A program made the position numbers and the translations under genes. Of a stretch of 58,913 bases of DNA, positions 34,885 through 43,888 are shown piece by piece. Within the stretch, counting starts at the first letter, position 1. Every line of letters begins with the position of its first letter. The stretch is from a bacterium (GTDB taxonomy: Bacteria; Patescibacteriota; Doudnabacteria; UBA920): the NCBI GenBank assembly GCA_021847435.1, contig JAJZRC010000001.1:1-58913 (forward strand), written 5' to 3'. The notes beneath the pieces were generated by a model, which had not been told where the DNA came from, ran no database searches, and was given only the letters and a program-made list of their open reading frames with translations.

Positions 34885-35403
34885 ATGAATAATGAAGCCG
34901 GCTTCCTGAGCTGGTTGAAGGCGGAAGCAGGATCCAAGCTGGTTATCAGAGCCGCTCTGCTCGGACTGATGCCGGACAATCTGGAAATAATAGCGCTCAC
35001 GAAAGGTTCGGACCATCCGGGGAATTTCTATCTGATGAAGTACAAGAGCTCCGACTGCTTCTGCTATTCCACGGCCAAAGGACTGACCGTTGAAAAGTGG
35101 GAAAGCTGGGAAGCAGACGGGCATCTTCAACAGCTTGCCAGATGTTGGCAATCCTTCCATCCCCTCTGGGGTTTCAGGGAAACCATTGTGGCTTACCGCG
35201 ATGATTTCGTGTCTCGCCATGTGCCTCTGCGGCTTTCCCCTTGCGGCCTGCACCTGATGCTGCATTACGCCTCAATGTATGGCATGTTCAGGGAGATGGA
35301 TCACACAAAAATAGATCCGACCGGCACCATCCTTCGGCGGCTAGGCGCCACGATCACCGGACAGACGGAGTCTTTTAACAAAGCTGTCATGGCAATCCGC
35401 TAA
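34885..35403 (+). CDS. orphan 172-aa protein, unknown function
   Basis: GGAGGG lies 5 nt before the ATG and an intrinsic terminator follows the ORF. Preferred over the overlapping antisense 147-aa ORF. Confidence 0.6.
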   Translation: MNNEAGFLSWLKAEAGSKLVIRAALLGLMPDNLEIIALTKGSDHPGNFYLMKYKSSDCFCYSTAKGLTVEKWESWEADGHLQQLARCWQSFHPLWGFRETIVAYRDDFVSRHVPLRLSPCGLHLMLHYASMYGMFREMDHTKIDPTGTILRRLGATITGQTESFNKAVMAIR

Positions 35404-35413
35404 GCCGCAACAA

Positions 35414-35459
35414 GCCCGCCTCCTCTCGATGAATCGGGAAGAGGCGGGCTTTCGTTTTT
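35414..35459 (+). terminator. intrinsic terminator
   Basis: GCCCGCCTCCTC ... GAAGAGGCGGGC followed by TTTCGTTTTT. Confidence 0.6.
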
Positions 35460-35487
35460 CAGCCAATCTAAATTCTTATTTTGAAGC

Positions 35488-36414
35488 TTATTTCTGGCAA
35501 TGGGGGCAAAAACTGGCCGTGCGGCCTCCCAGCTTTACTGATTGGACAATAGCACCGCATTTCTTGCATTTCTGCCCGGACCGGCCGTAAACAAAATGGA
35601 ATTTCCCCATTTGCCCCCAGCTGCCGTCAGTCCGCACAAAATCACCTACGCTGGAACCCTTGGCCTTTATGGCTTTAGCTAATACCTTTTTGGTATTGGC
35701 ATAAGCTTCCCTTAATTCCCGCTCCTGGATATTTATTACTTTTCTTTCCGGCCTGATGCCGGACAAAAATAGTATCTCATCGCTGTAAATATTGCCTATG
35801 CCGGCCACCACTTTGTTGTCCATGAGCACCTGTTTGATTTTGCCCCGCGCGCGCTTTTTTACCTGTGCCGAAAAAACCTCAAAAGTGAAATGTTTTTCCA
35901 AAGGTTCCGGGCCGAATTCTTTTAGTTCCTTGACCTGTCCAATTTCATCGTCATGCACCAACTTTAAATAGCCGAATTTGCGCACGTCGTTAAAATACAA
36001 AACGCTGCCGTCCGTGAAATAAAATACTACATGGGTATGCTTGGAGGGCAGATGCTCCAACAGCGCGGTTTTTTTATTCAACAGGCGATATTTGCCGCCG
36101 GTCTTGGCGCGCTGCTTTTGGTCCTCAAAAATAAATTGGCCGGTCATTTTCAAATGCACAAGCATGGACCACGGTCCTTGCAGGTCAAAAATCAACAGCT
36201 TGGCGCGGCGTTTTACCGACAATATTTTTTGGTTAAGCAGCAAGCGTTTAAAAATTCTAACCTTGTCACTTGCTACCTGTCTCTTGTTGCTGACAGTCGC
36301 CGGCCCGATGCTAATCATTTTCGGCACATTCACAACGACAGACCTAATGGTCTTGTTTTTCAATTTGCGGTTAAGTTCGCTTACAACTGTTTGAACTTCG
36401 GGTAACTCGGGCAT
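35488..36414 (-). CDS. mutM: formamidopyrimidine-DNA glycosylase
   Basis: The N-terminus MPELPEV is the catalytic Pro2 motif. The C-terminal zinc finger is CKKCGAIVQSVKLGGRTASFCPHCQ. I used the internal Met of the track ORF. Confidence 0.9.
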   Translation of the reverse strand: MPELPEVQTVVSELNRKLKNKTIRSVVVNVPKMISIGPATVSNKRQVASDKVRIFKRLLLNQKILSVKRRAKLLIFDLQGPWSMLVHLKMTGQFIFEDQKQRAKTGGKYRLLNKKTALLEHLPSKHTHVVFYFTDGSVLYFNDVRKFGYLKLVHDDEIGQVKELKEFGPEPLEKHFTFEVFSAQVKKRARGKIKQVLMDNKVVAGIGNIYSDEILFLSGIRPERKVINIQERELREAYANTKKVLAKAIKAKGSSVGDFVRTDGSWGQMGKFHFVYGRSGQKCKKCGAIVQSVKLGGRTASFCPHCQK

Positions 36415-36929
36415 ATCCGGTATGTCAACTTTCAATTTAATATTTTCACTGTCATTATAACCAATCCGCCGGCATTGACACAACTGCGGATTTGATATAA
36501 ATTAAAGCGTTGCCACACCAGCATGTTCCCTGCTGTCCCGAAAGGACGCCGCAATTTCCCGAGCAATGATGTGAAGACGGAAATAGCGGCAAAGCCGCGG
36601 ACGGATACACTGACGGCGACAAAGACCCGGCGCGAGTTCCGGGCCCGGCGAGAAAAAGTAAAAAGAGGAAGGTAACCCTGCGACGAGGTTGGTGAAGCAG
36701 CAGTTTTAAGGTACGGCACAGGCCCCGCTGAAGCCCAAGGCCGATATTTTTAATATATAAAAAATATTAAAAATAGGTAGAGCCGTCCTGCCAAGAACGG
36801 CTGCAAAACCGGCAAGACCTGCCAAAAACCGTAAAGCATAGCCCCCACCTCCGGCGCAAGCCAAATTCTGCAGGATATTTTGGCTTGAAAGATGCGCCCC
36901 TGGCCGCGCAAAGGAACTAATTCCGCTCG

Positions 36930-36969
36930 CCGCCCCGCCCTTGAACGCAAGGGGGGGCGGTTTTCTTTT
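36930..36969 (+). terminator. orphan intrinsic terminator upstream of the relA promoter
   Basis: CGCCCCGCCCTT-GAACGC-AAGGGGGGGCGG followed by TTTTCTTTT. No annotated plus-strand gene precedes it. Confidence 0.55.
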
Positions 36970-37024
36970 ATGCGATATTTCAGATTACTCCCTGCATAAA
37001 AAATGTTATAATACAAAAAACCCT

Positions 37025-38533
37025 ATGAAATATTTCCAGGATTTTTTAAATTCCATTCCGCACAAATTCACCCCCGAAGAAGAGGCCGTAATTAAACGCG
37101 CCTATGAATTCGCGCAAAAAGCGCATGCCGGCCAAAAGCGCAAAAGCGGCGAAGATTATTTTATCCACGGCCGGGAAGCGGCGATTATTTTAGGCAAACT
37201 GTTTCCGGACGTACCCACCCTTGCCGCCACCCTGCTGCATGACGTGCCCGAAGACACCGAAATCACCCTCGAAGAAATTGAAAAGCAGTTCGGCCCGGAA
37301 ATCGCCCGGCTGATTGACGGGGTTACCCAGCTCGGCCACGTGCGCATGAAAAACGGCAAGGACAAATTCTACATGGAAAATTTGCGCAAACTCTTTATTG
37401 CCACCAGCCAGGACATAAGGGTTATTTTGATCAAGCTGTCCGACCGCATGCACAACATGCGCACCCTGGAATTCATCCCGCGGGACAAACAAATCAGAAT
37501 CGCCAAAGAAACCTTGGAAATCTACGCCCCGATTGCCGGCCGCCTGGGCATAGGCAACTGGAAAGACGAACTGGAAGACTTGTCATTTAAAGTGGTGTTT
37601 CCCAAAGAGTACCAAAAAACCAAAGAGCTTTTGGAAAACGAAATGGCCAGCCGCCAGGACAGCATGAAAGAAACGCAAAAAAACCTGGTCCACATCCTCC
37701 ACGCCGAAGGCATCAAATTCCAGGAAATAACGGGAAGGGTCAAACGCCTCTATTCCCTGCACCGCAAACTGCAAAAATACGAAAGCGATATTTCTAAAAT
37801 CCACGATTTTATCGCGTTGAGAATTATTACCAAAAGCACTTCGGACTGCTACGCTGCCTTAGGCAGCATCCATAAGCATTTCCAGCCGGTGCCGGGCCGG
37901 ATTAAGGACTTTATCGCCAACCCCAAGCCTAACGGCTACCAAAGCATCCACACTACCGTATTCGGCAAAGCCGGCAAGACTTTTGAAATCCAAATCCGCA
38001 CGGACTTAATGCACGAAGAGGCGGAACGCGGAGTAGCCGCCCACTGGTTCTATGCCGAAGAAGGCAAGCCGGAAAGTTCCGGAAGGGTGCAAGCCAAATG
38101 GTTCAAAGAACTGCAAAGCTGGCAGGAAGAAGCCAGCAGCCCCGAGGAATTTTTGGAAAGCCTGAAAATTGATTTTTTCCGCGACCGGATTTTCGTCTTC
38201 ACCCCCAAAGGCGACATTAAGGACCTGCCCCAGGGCAGCAGCGCCATTGATTTTGCCTTTGCCGTGCACACGGATTTGGGCTACCACATGATGGGCGCCA
38301 AAATCAACGGCAAAATGCGGAGCATTTTTGACGAACTGCAGAACGAAGACGTGGTGGAAATCATCAAAATAAAAAAAGAAGCGGTCATTTCCCGCGACTG
38401 GCTCAAGGCCGCCCGCACCCAGAATGCCCGCAACAAAATCCGCCATTACTTAAAAGAGCATGACAAAGGAATTCTGGAACGCATCAAGGAGCTCAAAAGC
38501 TTTTCCCTGCCCAGATTTTTTCGGAAAAAATAA
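37025..38533 (+). CDS. spoT: bifunctional (p)ppGpp synthetase/hydrolase (RelA/SpoT homolog)
   Basis: HD domain (HDVPEDT), synthetase motifs (YQSIHTTV, EIQIRT) and a TGS region (IFVFTPKGD). Confidence 0.9.
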   Translation: MKYFQDFLNSIPHKFTPEEEAVIKRAYEFAQKAHAGQKRKSGEDYFIHGREAAIILGKLFPDVPTLAATLLHDVPEDTEITLEEIEKQFGPEIARLIDGVTQLGHVRMKNGKDKFYMENLRKLFIATSQDIRVILIKLSDRMHNMRTLEFIPRDKQIRIAKETLEIYAPIAGRLGIGNWKDELEDLSFKVVFPKEYQKTKELLENEMASRQDSMKETQKNLVHILHAEGIKFQEITGRVKRLYSLHRKLQKYESDISKIHDFIALRIITKSTSDCYAALGSIHKHFQPVPGRIKDFIANPKPNGYQSIHTTVFGKAGKTFEIQIRTDLMHEEAERGVAAHWFYAEEGKPESSGRVQAKWFKELQSWQEEASSPEEFLESLKIDFFRDRIFVFTPKGDIKDLPQGSSAIDFAFAVHTDLGYHMMGAKINGKMRSIFDELQNEDVVEIIKIKKEAVISRDWLKAARTQNARNKIRHYLKEHDKGILERIKELKSFSLPRFFRKK

Positions 38534-38561
38534 TTATGAGGCTGGCATTACCCAAATAAAA

Positions 38562-38625
38562 ACCGGGAGCGCTGCCTTAAAGGCAGCGCTCCCGGTTCGG
38601 ATTTATCAAGGCGCCGGCCGGCGCC
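38562..38625. terminator. pair of GC hairpins between convergent genes (bidirectional terminators)
   Basis: CCGGGAGCGCTGCC-TTAAA-GGCAGCGCTCCCGG, and the palindrome GGCGCCGGCCGGCGCC followed by TTTTT. Confidence 0.6.
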
Positions 38626-38629
38626 TTTT

Positions 38630-39112
38630 TCAATACGCAAAACTGGCGTACACAAACCGGTGGCCATGGATCTCCTCCGGCGAAAAAAAGTTCTCAATCT
38701 CCGCATCGGCTTCGTCCTTGGTGGCCGAAGTATGAATAGTGTTGTTCAGCCGCGGATTCTTGCCGCTCTTGAGTGTCTTTTCGCTCGCGTGGCCAAAGCG
38801 GCGGCGGATGGTGCTGCGCGTGGCTTCGCCCGGCGCCGTGGAACCGGCCGCGTCGCGCAGCCGCGCCACAGCCTCGTCCCCTTCCACCACCATGATGATC
38901 ACCGGCGTTTGCCGGGAAGTTTGGATCACTCTCCTGCGCACTTCCGGCGGCAGATGCCCGAAATGCTTCTGCCACTGGGCTGCCGTGGGCTCCACCATCT
39001 TCATGGCGCAGATGTTAAAGCCCGGCCTAATGACAAACTCAGTCAGAATTTCGGGCCACAGGCCCCGCTCCATCATGTCCGACTTGAACATCAGCATGGT
39101 CCGTTGTACCAT
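38630..39112 (-). CDS. divergent nucleoside-diphosphate-kinase-like paralog
   Basis: 160 aa. The NDK fold order is recognisable by eye (QRTMLMFKSD..ERGL, IIMVVEGDEAV..LR, TIRRRF, NTIHTS...AEIENFF). It is much more diverged than 40183..40773. Confidence 0.6.
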   Translation of the reverse strand: MVQRTMLMFKSDMMERGLWPEILTEFVIRPGFNICAMKMVEPTAAQWQKHFGHLPPEVRRRVIQTSRQTPVIIMVVEGDEAVARLRDAAGSTAPGEATRSTIRRRFGHASEKTLKSGKNPRLNNTIHTSATKDEADAEIENFFSPEEIHGHRFVYASFAY

Positions 39113-39180
39113 TTTTCATATCCTCCTTTTCAGACAGCTCAACATTCTACCAGAAATCGGCTCCCGAGTCAACCAAAAAA

Positions 39181-39261
39181 TAAAGGTTCCTCGCAGCAAG
39201 CTGACGAGGTATTACCGCAAGAGACATTTGTCATTTCGGAGCAGAGCTCCGAGGTATTGAA
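39181..39261. repeat. 81-bp repeat, copy A
   Basis: TAAAGGTTCCTCGCAGCAAGCTGACGAGGTATTACCGCAAGAGACATTTGTCATTTCGGAGCAGAGCTCCGAGGTATTGAA. It has 4 mismatches to 52253..52333, in the same orientation. Confidence 0.85.
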
Positions 39262-39415
39262 CCTGTATTAGCTCCCTGCCGGCAGGCGGGCTCAGGCTCG
39301 TAAAAGAGTCCTTAAGGACTCTTTTACTCGCTCTACGTCGCTAATAAAACCAGGGACGCGGTTTGAGTCGCATCCCTGGTTCGGAGAAAATCGTGCCCTG
39401 CCGGCGATGGCCAGC

Positions 39416-40042
39416 TTAGCACAAATACAAGCGGTGGAGTTTTTGGCGGTGATCCGGGTCAGCGGGGTCCAGCAGCACGCAGAAATCCCGCTGTTCAACG
39501 CTGAAGCAGCGCACCCCGGAGAGAGGCTGGGGCTTGCGCAGCTCAATGTTGTGCCAGGCATGCCCTATCGTGGACATACTGATGGTGTCCACGTAGTTCT
39601 GCGCTTCAAAGCATGCTGCTTTATGGCAGCCTGGCTTGCCGCACACCTTGCAGCCCTGGCCGGCCAGCGCCGCGTATGCGGGCGTGCCCGGCTGGACCAA
39701 CGGAGTGAGAGGGTCAACCTTGTCCGGATCAACCACGGCCAGCGCGGACAGATGGCCGGTGGCATGGATCAATGCCAGATACGGACTGTCCGTCTCAAAG
39801 ACGGCATGGCTGTTCATCTGCCCGTACTGGGGCAGCATGAGGCCGGTTTGCAGGCATTGAGCCACCTTCTCCCGGGTAAGGCCCCTGAAGAAACAGCTCT
39901 TGGAAGTGAATTCCACCGGATCTTCCAGCAGAAAACGCACTTCTTCGGGGGGCAGGAGGCTGCGGATAGCCTCAAGATGCCTGAGAAAAAAACGAGCGCG
40001 GCCGTTTACGGCCTTTTCCAGCTTACAAACATCAAATTCCAC
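39416..40042 (-). CDS. orphan Cys/His-rich 208-aa protein
   Basis: Contains GQGCKVCGKPGCHKAACFEAQ. GC-rich. Followed by two strong hairpins (39300..39330 and 39345..39385). I recognise no family. Confidence 0.6.
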   Translation of the reverse strand: MEFDVCKLEKAVNGRARFFLRHLEAIRSLLPPEEVRFLLEDPVEFTSKSCFFRGLTREKVAQCLQTGLMLPQYGQMNSHAVFETDSPYLALIHATGHLSALAVVDPDKVDPLTPLVQPGTPAYAALAGQGCKVCGKPGCHKAACFEAQNYVDTISMSTIGHAWHNIELRKPQPLSGVRCFSVEQRDFCVLLDPADPDHRQKLHRLYLC

Positions 40043-40182
40043 CTTGCATCCTCCTTGCGGACCTGTTTAAAAAAAATTATACACGAAATATAAAAACTGT
40101 CCACTGGTCCGCTAGGACCGCCAATCAGCATTAGAATGACATCCTCCCCGGGCTAAAGTCCGGGGTTTCCTCTAATACAACC

Positions 40183-40773
40183 TTAGAACATTACATCTTC
40201 TTCGGCGCGTTTATATTCATGAACTTCTTCTGGCTTGAACCACAAGTTTATTTCATTCTGGGCTTCTTCCGGAGTTTCCGAGGCATGCATAATATTATGA
40301 ATGGAACGGCCTTCCACGTTCGCTACCGCAGGACTATCTACGCTAAAATCCCCGCGCAAGGTGCCCATCTCCGCCTTAAAAGGCAAAGTGTGCCCGGCAA
40401 GTTTGCGCACCATATCTATGGCGTGAATACCCTGCACCACCATAGCCACAATCGGTCCCGAGGTTAGGTATTCAAACAGGCTCTCTTTAACTTTTCTGCC
40501 GATTTCCATCCTATCCGCCGTGCCCAAGTGTTCTTTGGGATCCAATTTATAATCGGCAAAAGTAGCCAGGCCCTTGTCCCCCAGACGGCCGACCCATTCT
40601 TCGCTCTTGGGAAAATGGTCTTCCAAATGTTCGCGGCCTACCTTCACCATTTTTAAAGCCACGATTTTCAAGCCGCGGCGTTCAATGCGCCCGACAATTT
40701 CACCAATGAGGCCGCGCTTAACGCCGTCCGGCTTCACTAAAACCAAGGTTTTTTCCTGTTTCAATTTTTGCAT
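40183..40773 (-). CDS. ndk: nucleoside diphosphate kinase (long form with insertion)
   Basis: 196 aa. EKTLVLVKPDGVKRGL, GPIVAMVVQG, GTLRGDF and NIMHASE (catalytic His). Confidence 0.88.
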   Translation of the reverse strand: MQKLKQEKTLVLVKPDGVKRGLIGEIVGRIERRGLKIVALKMVKVGREHLEDHFPKSEEWVGRLGDKGLATFADYKLDPKEHLGTADRMEIGRKVKESLFEYLTSGPIVAMVVQGIHAIDMVRKLAGHTLPFKAEMGTLRGDFSVDSPAVANVEGRSIHNIMHASETPEEAQNEINLWFKPEEVHEYKRAEEDVMF

Positions 40774-40782
40774 AAAAAATTC

Positions 40783-41532
40783 TTACTTAATTATTTTCAC
40801 GCTGTCCATGACCACGGGCTGCTTGGGCGCGCCGTCAGTAGGGCCCATCTGCGGGGTAATATCCACCTGGCCGATCTTGTCCACTACGTCCTGGCCGGCC
40901 GTAACCCGGCCGAAGATGGTATAAGACGGAGGCAGGGGCACGTCGCCCAGCATAATGAAGAACTGGCTGGTGTTGGTGTTGGGTCCGCGGTTTGCCATGG
41001 CCAGCACGCCTTTTTTGTAACCGGTCTTGTAAAGTTCGGAACCGGCGTTTATTTCATCGGCAAATTCGCCGCCAAAAGCGCTGTCCCCGCCCGCGCCCGT
41101 TCCCGTCGGGTCGCCGCCCTGGATTACAAAACCCTTGGCCACGCGGTGGAAGATCAGACAGTCAAAGTACCCGGCATTGGCCAGGCGCAAAAAATTCTCC
41201 ACGGTCTTGGGCGCGTCTTTGTCGTAAAATTCCAGGGTGATTTTGCCAAAACCCCTCACATCCATTTCCACCTGGCGGCCGGAGATGGCCACCTTGTCAT
41301 TTTGTAACTTGTTAGTGTCAAACATTCTTTTGCATTGGTTCAATGTTTCTGTACTTTGCGCCTGCGGGGCCGTTTGGGCCGGAGCTTGCGGCTGGTCAGC
41401 GGGCTTGATTGTTTCCTCTTCCAGCGGCACATTGGTTAAAGGCCGGTAATTTTGCCAGTAGTAATACCCGGCAGCCGAGCCGCCAATTACCAGCAGGGCT
41501 ACAACTATGGCAAAAAGCATTTTGTTTGTCAT
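40783..41532 (-). CDS. ppiB: membrane-anchored cyclophilin-type peptidyl-prolyl isomerase
   Basis: N-terminal TM helix, then FHRVAKGFVIQGGDP and MANRGPNTNTSQFFI. Confidence 0.9.
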   Translation of the reverse strand: MTNKMLFAIVVALLVIGGSAAGYYYWQNYRPLTNVPLEEETIKPADQPQAPAQTAPQAQSTETLNQCKRMFDTNKLQNDKVAISGRQVEMDVRGFGKITLEFYDKDAPKTVENFLRLANAGYFDCLIFHRVAKGFVIQGGDPTGTGAGGDSAFGGEFADEINAGSELYKTGYKKGVLAMANRGPNTNTSQFFIMLGDVPLPPSYTIFGRVTAGQDVVDKIGQVDITPQMGPTDGAPKQPVVMDSVKIIK

Positions 41533-41567
41533 GTTTCTCCTTGAATTTTAATGGCGAATCTTAGCAA

Positions 41568-41747
41568 AATTTACGTGTTGGCCAAGTTCGAGGCATTTTT
41601 CCGAGCCTGCCTGCCGGCAGGCAGGGATTTTTAGAGGCGTACTTGGGGTACGCCGATAAAGACCGCAGAAAAATAACAAAGAAATTGGCCAAAGCCGCTT
41701 GTAGGGCCGGGCTGCGCCCGGGCCAAAAAAAGGCAAGCACGTAAATT
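41568..41747. repeat. MITE-like element, diverged copy 2
   Basis: Termini AATTTACGTG / CACGTAAATT. The core shares GCCAAGTTCGAGGCATTTTTCCGAGCCTGCCTGCCGGCAGGCAGGGATTTTT.GAGGCGTA...TACGCCGATAAA with copies 1 and 3. Confidence 0.75.
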
Positions 41748-41786
41748 CTGCATGATTCACTGGCTATTTTATCATAAATTCCAGGC

Positions 41787-43226
41787 TTAGCCAAGCGGCT
41801 CGCGATTGACTTTTTCCGCCGTTTTTCGCAGCCAGAAATAGCCCCCCAGCACCGCGGTGCTCATCAGCCAAAACAGCCGCGGAGATATCTGCCAGTCCAG
41901 ACTCGCGTGCGGCAAGCGCGCAAACCATTCTGTTACCAAGAGAATATAGCGCAAAAGCCCCACAGCCAAAAAAGCCAGGCCCGGGCCGGCCAAAGGCAGC
42001 AGGCTTAAAAAGCCAAACAGCATGGCAAACGGCACAACCGGCAATACAAGCATATTCACTAACGGAGCCACCGCGCTCAGGCGGGCAAAATTCAAGAGTA
42101 CCAGAGGCAGGGTGGCCGCTATGGCCGAAAGCGTGGTAAGCAGCATGGTCTTGGTACCCAGGGCTTCCGGCCATCGCGAAGCCAAAAGATTCAGCGGCGG
42201 ATACAAGAACACAATGCCCATGGTGGCGGCAAACGACAATTGAAAGCCAACATCCCAAAATAAAATTTTGGGGTTAATCACCAGCATGATCAACCCCGCA
42301 AAAAACAATGCCGGAACCACGGCGTACTGGCGGCCGATGTTTAATGAAAGCAGCAGCAAAAAACCCATAATGCCTGCGCGAATCACCGAAGCCGAAGCCC
42401 CGGTCAAAATCACGAAGGTTATAATTACGCCTGTGGTCAGCCAGAAACCGAAGCGCCTGCCTAAAAACCTGGCTAAGGCCGCCAGCGCCGTAATCATAAT
42501 GGTAATATTGAAGCCCGACACCGCAATAATGTGAGAAGTGCCGGTTAAGTTAAAATTTTCCACGATATCTTTGGGCAAGCTTTTTCTCGCGCCAATGAGT
42601 ATTCCCAGCAGCAGGCTGTTTTCCGGCTCGCGGTACAAACTGCCCAGGCGCGCCACCAGCGCGGCTTTGAGCTTTAGCACGGCAAACTTCAGCGGGTTGA
42701 GCCGGCTGTTTTTTAATATCAAAATTTTCGGATAGGACATCTGCGCGTATACGTTGTGCCGCTCCAAATAGCCGCGGTAGTCAAAATCGTCGAAATTCTG
42801 AATTTCCTTAACCTTGCCCTCAAGCGCCACTTCATCGCCATAAAAAAAGCTCTGCGCCAGGGTGGCGGTCACCAGCAAATTTTGGGAAAGGCCTTTGGGC
42901 CGCACATACAGCATCTGGCGGACATCCCTAACATCAGGCTCGCTGACAATATAGCCTTCAAACTGTTGCTTGATCCCCATAAAACTGCCGTATTCGTTTT
43001 CTACCGCTGCCGCATTCAGGCGCCAGGACCCAAGCCCGGCGCAAAACAAAAAAAGCGCGAGCAAGGCAGGCGCTTTTTGTCCGATTATGAAGCTGAAGGA
43101 GAATATCGCGGCAGCCGCAGCCAGGGTGGCGAACACCCAGGGGTGGGACAGAGTCCAGGCCGAGGCAGTAAGCACCCCTGCGGCAAAACTGACGGCAACG
43201 GCAATGAAAATCCGGCTTTTGCTCAT
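41787..43226 (-). CDS. comEC: ComEC/Rec2-family DNA-uptake channel protein
   Basis: 479 aa, polytopic. The competence-domain motif region is GTSHIIAVSGFNI. Confidence 0.85.
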   Translation of the reverse strand: MSKSRIFIAVAVSFAAGVLTASAWTLSHPWVFATLAAAAAIFSFSFIIGQKAPALLALFLFCAGLGSWRLNAAAVENEYGSFMGIKQQFEGYIVSEPDVRDVRQMLYVRPKGLSQNLLVTATLAQSFFYGDEVALEGKVKEIQNFDDFDYRGYLERHNVYAQMSYPKILILKNSRLNPLKFAVLKLKAALVARLGSLYREPENSLLLGILIGARKSLPKDIVENFNLTGTSHIIAVSGFNITIMITALAALARFLGRRFGFWLTTGVIITFVILTGASASVIRAGIMGFLLLLSLNIGRQYAVVPALFFAGLIMLVINPKILFWDVGFQLSFAATMGIVFLYPPLNLLASRWPEALGTKTMLLTTLSAIAATLPLVLLNFARLSAVAPLVNMLVLPVVPFAMLFGFLSLLPLAGPGLAFLAVGLLRYILLVTEWFARLPHASLDWQISPRLFWLMSTAVLGGYFWLRKTAEKVNREPLG

Positions 43227-43444
43227 TGGCTGATTTCAAAAATTTTTTGTTTTGATTTTTCGCCGCGCACCAGGCGTACGCAAGTTTTGCTGACGGCGAA
43301 ATGTTCAGCCAGCGAAGCGGCTGCCGCCTTGTTGGCTTTGCCTTCCAGCGGCGGCTCGTGCACATATACATGCAAGTCCCCGAGCAAATCTTTTTCAATG
43401 CGCGGCTTTTTGCTGTTGGGGTGGACAAAAACCGTCAATTTCAT
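43223..43444 (-). CDS. DUF167 (YggU-like) protein
   Basis: MKLTVFVHPNSKK ... PLEGKAN...L. Its ATG overlaps the stop of the NUDIX gene (ATGA). Confidence 0.75.
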   Translation of the reverse strand: MKLTVFVHPNSKKPRIEKDLLGDLHVYVHEPPLEGKANKAAAASLAEHFAVSKTCVRLVRGEKSKQKIFEISQ

Positions 43445-43875
43445 AAGCGGAGTTTGTATAACTTTAAAAATTCCGGCCACTGGGAATGGAATTCCTCCAT
43501 GCCCGGCATACTGTCCAAGGTAGACCATTCAAGCGAATCCAATTTATGCGGCTCCCCTATCTTTACCATATCAGGATTTACCAGAACTTTAAAATCCAGG
43601 GCAATCCAATGGGTCGGCTCGCCGTTATGAACTCTGTGCACATCGCGGAAGCCAAGCATTTCAAAACCCAAAACATCCGTGCAATATTCTTCCTTGATTT
43701 CTTTTTTCAGCGTATTCTCCACGGTATCATGAAGCTCAACGCCGCCCCCGCCAATATCCCATTTACCCTGTTCGTCCCGGGCGTTTTTGGACCTCTTGCC
43801 CATCAAAAACCTGCCTTTGCCATCATGGCAAAAAAATACCACGGTGTTGCCAATGTAATCAATGCCTTTTTTCAT
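43441..43875 (-). CDS. NUDIX hydrolase
   Basis: The Nudix box is GGGGVELHDTVENTLKKEIKEE. I used the internal Met (MKKGIDYIG). Confidence 0.85.
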   Translation of the reverse strand: MKKGIDYIGNTVVFFCHDGKGRFLMGKRSKNARDEQGKWDIGGGGVELHDTVENTLKKEIKEEYCTDVLGFEMLGFRDVHRVHNGEPTHWIALDFKVLVNPDMVKIGEPHKLDSLEWSTLDSMPGMEEFHSQWPEFLKLYKLRL

Positions 43876-43888
43876 AAAAAACCCGCTT

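Noticed and set aside
34822-35265. 147-aa minus-strand ORF
   Set aside because: It overlaps the plus-strand 172-aa ORF, which has both an SD and a downstream intrinsic terminator. The minus-strand ORF has neither.
36480-36968. RNase P, tmRNA, cobalamin riboswitch or ykkC-family riboswitch
   Set aside because: Only short partial resemblances are present (CCGGCAAGACCTGCC; ACGGCGACAAAGACCCGG). There is no tRNA-like 3' end for tmRNA, no P4 core, and no full riboswitch consensus. It is kept as an unassigned structured region in the findings.
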